Below the pieces are notes generated by a model. That model saw only the letters and a list, made by a program, of their open reading frames with translations, was not told the DNA's origin and ran no database searches. Below are positions 61,432 to 61,901 of a stretch of DNA of 61,901 nucleotides, in pieces; position 1 is the first letter of the stretch, and each line of letters starts with the position of its first letter. The stretch covers positions 1-61,901 of the forward strand of contig CAXUCK010000002.1 of assembly GCA_964249375.1 (NCBI GenBank). The letters are read 5' to 3'. The position numbers were made by a program, and so were the translations under genes. The stretch comes from an uncultured Acidobacteriaceae bacterium (GTDB lineage: Bacteria > Acidobacteriota > Terriglobia > Terriglobales > Acidobacteriaceae).

Positions 61432-61901
61432 ATGTCGAATCTAGATGGAAACACGATGTGGTCCGGCCGGTTTCGCTCGGCCCTCGATCCGCGGTTTGAA
61501 CAGTGGCAGCGCTCATTTCCGATTGACGTGCGGCTGCTCCGTCATGAGATTGCGGCGTCAAAGGCACACGCGCGTATGCTCGCGGCGGCAGATGTCCTTT
61601 CCGCCACGGAGCTTGCCACGATGCTCGATGGCTTGGAGCGTCTACCGCTTGCAGCCGCTGCGCAGGCACAGACACTGATCAACATGGATGTGCTGCGTGA
61701 CGCGTTTGCGAAACACAAGCCCGACGCTGGTGCGGTCTCGTCCTCCATGCAGAGCATCGTTGCGCTCAATCCGCATATCGAGGACATCCACCACTTCGTT
61801 GAGGTCGCGCTGCGCGAGCAGATCGGCGATCTCGCGCTGAAGCTGCACACGGGCCGCAGCCGCAATGAGCAGATCGCGACGGACATGCGGCTGTTTGTGC
61901 G
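61432..61901 (+). CDS. argH: Argininosuccinate lyase, 5' part (runs off the window)
   Basis: Manual translation: MSNLDGNTMWSGRF...SKAHARML...EDIHHFVE...KLHTGRSRNEQIATDMRL. Confidence 0.93.
   Translation, partial: MSNLDGNTMWSGRFRSALDPRFEQWQRSFPIDVRLLRHEIAASKAHARMLAAADVLSATELATMLDGLERLPLAAAAQAQTLINMDVLRDAFAKHKPDAGAVSSSMQSIVALNPHIEDIHHFVEVALREQIGDLALKLHTGRSRNEQIATDMRLFV

Overview
High-GC bacterial chromosome segment; gene content and protein style suggest Acidobacteriota (inference, not tested). From left to right: a partial beta-propeller gene, a HAMP-PP2C phosphatase, YihY, queG and tRNA-Ser(CGA). A ~15.4-kb accessory block then runs between the convergent 3' ends of tRNA-Ser and tRNA-Glu(CTC). 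It holds a decayed choice-of-anchor-D fragment, a GMC oxidoreductase, an alpha/beta-hydrolase/dehydrogenase-small-subunit fusion, an SDR, an unusual kdp locus and a DUF1080 gene. Next come tandem DUF507 genes, recJ, an adaptor-TPR-TolC operon with two reading-frame lesions, a hopanoid cluster (hpnJ, hpnCDE plus accessory genes), orphan ABC/efflux parts and an 840-aa secreted unknown. The right end has an APC permease, Xaa-Pro peptidase-accB-accC-thiE, a metallophosphoesterase, a small HTH protein, an acyl-CoA synthetase/MBL pair, gltB without gltD, and argRCBDFGH (argH partial) with tandem ARG boxes. The strongest candidate for novelty is the kdp locus. KdpD is split into two head-to-head genes whose probable starts are only 18 nt apart around overlapping -10-like hexamers. 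An outer-membrane beta-barrel and an extra 34-aa membrane peptide precede kdpFABC, behind tandem repeats resembling a KdpE operator. No CRISPR array, integrase, transposase or rRNA was seen. All family calls come from motif recognition; no database searches were run.
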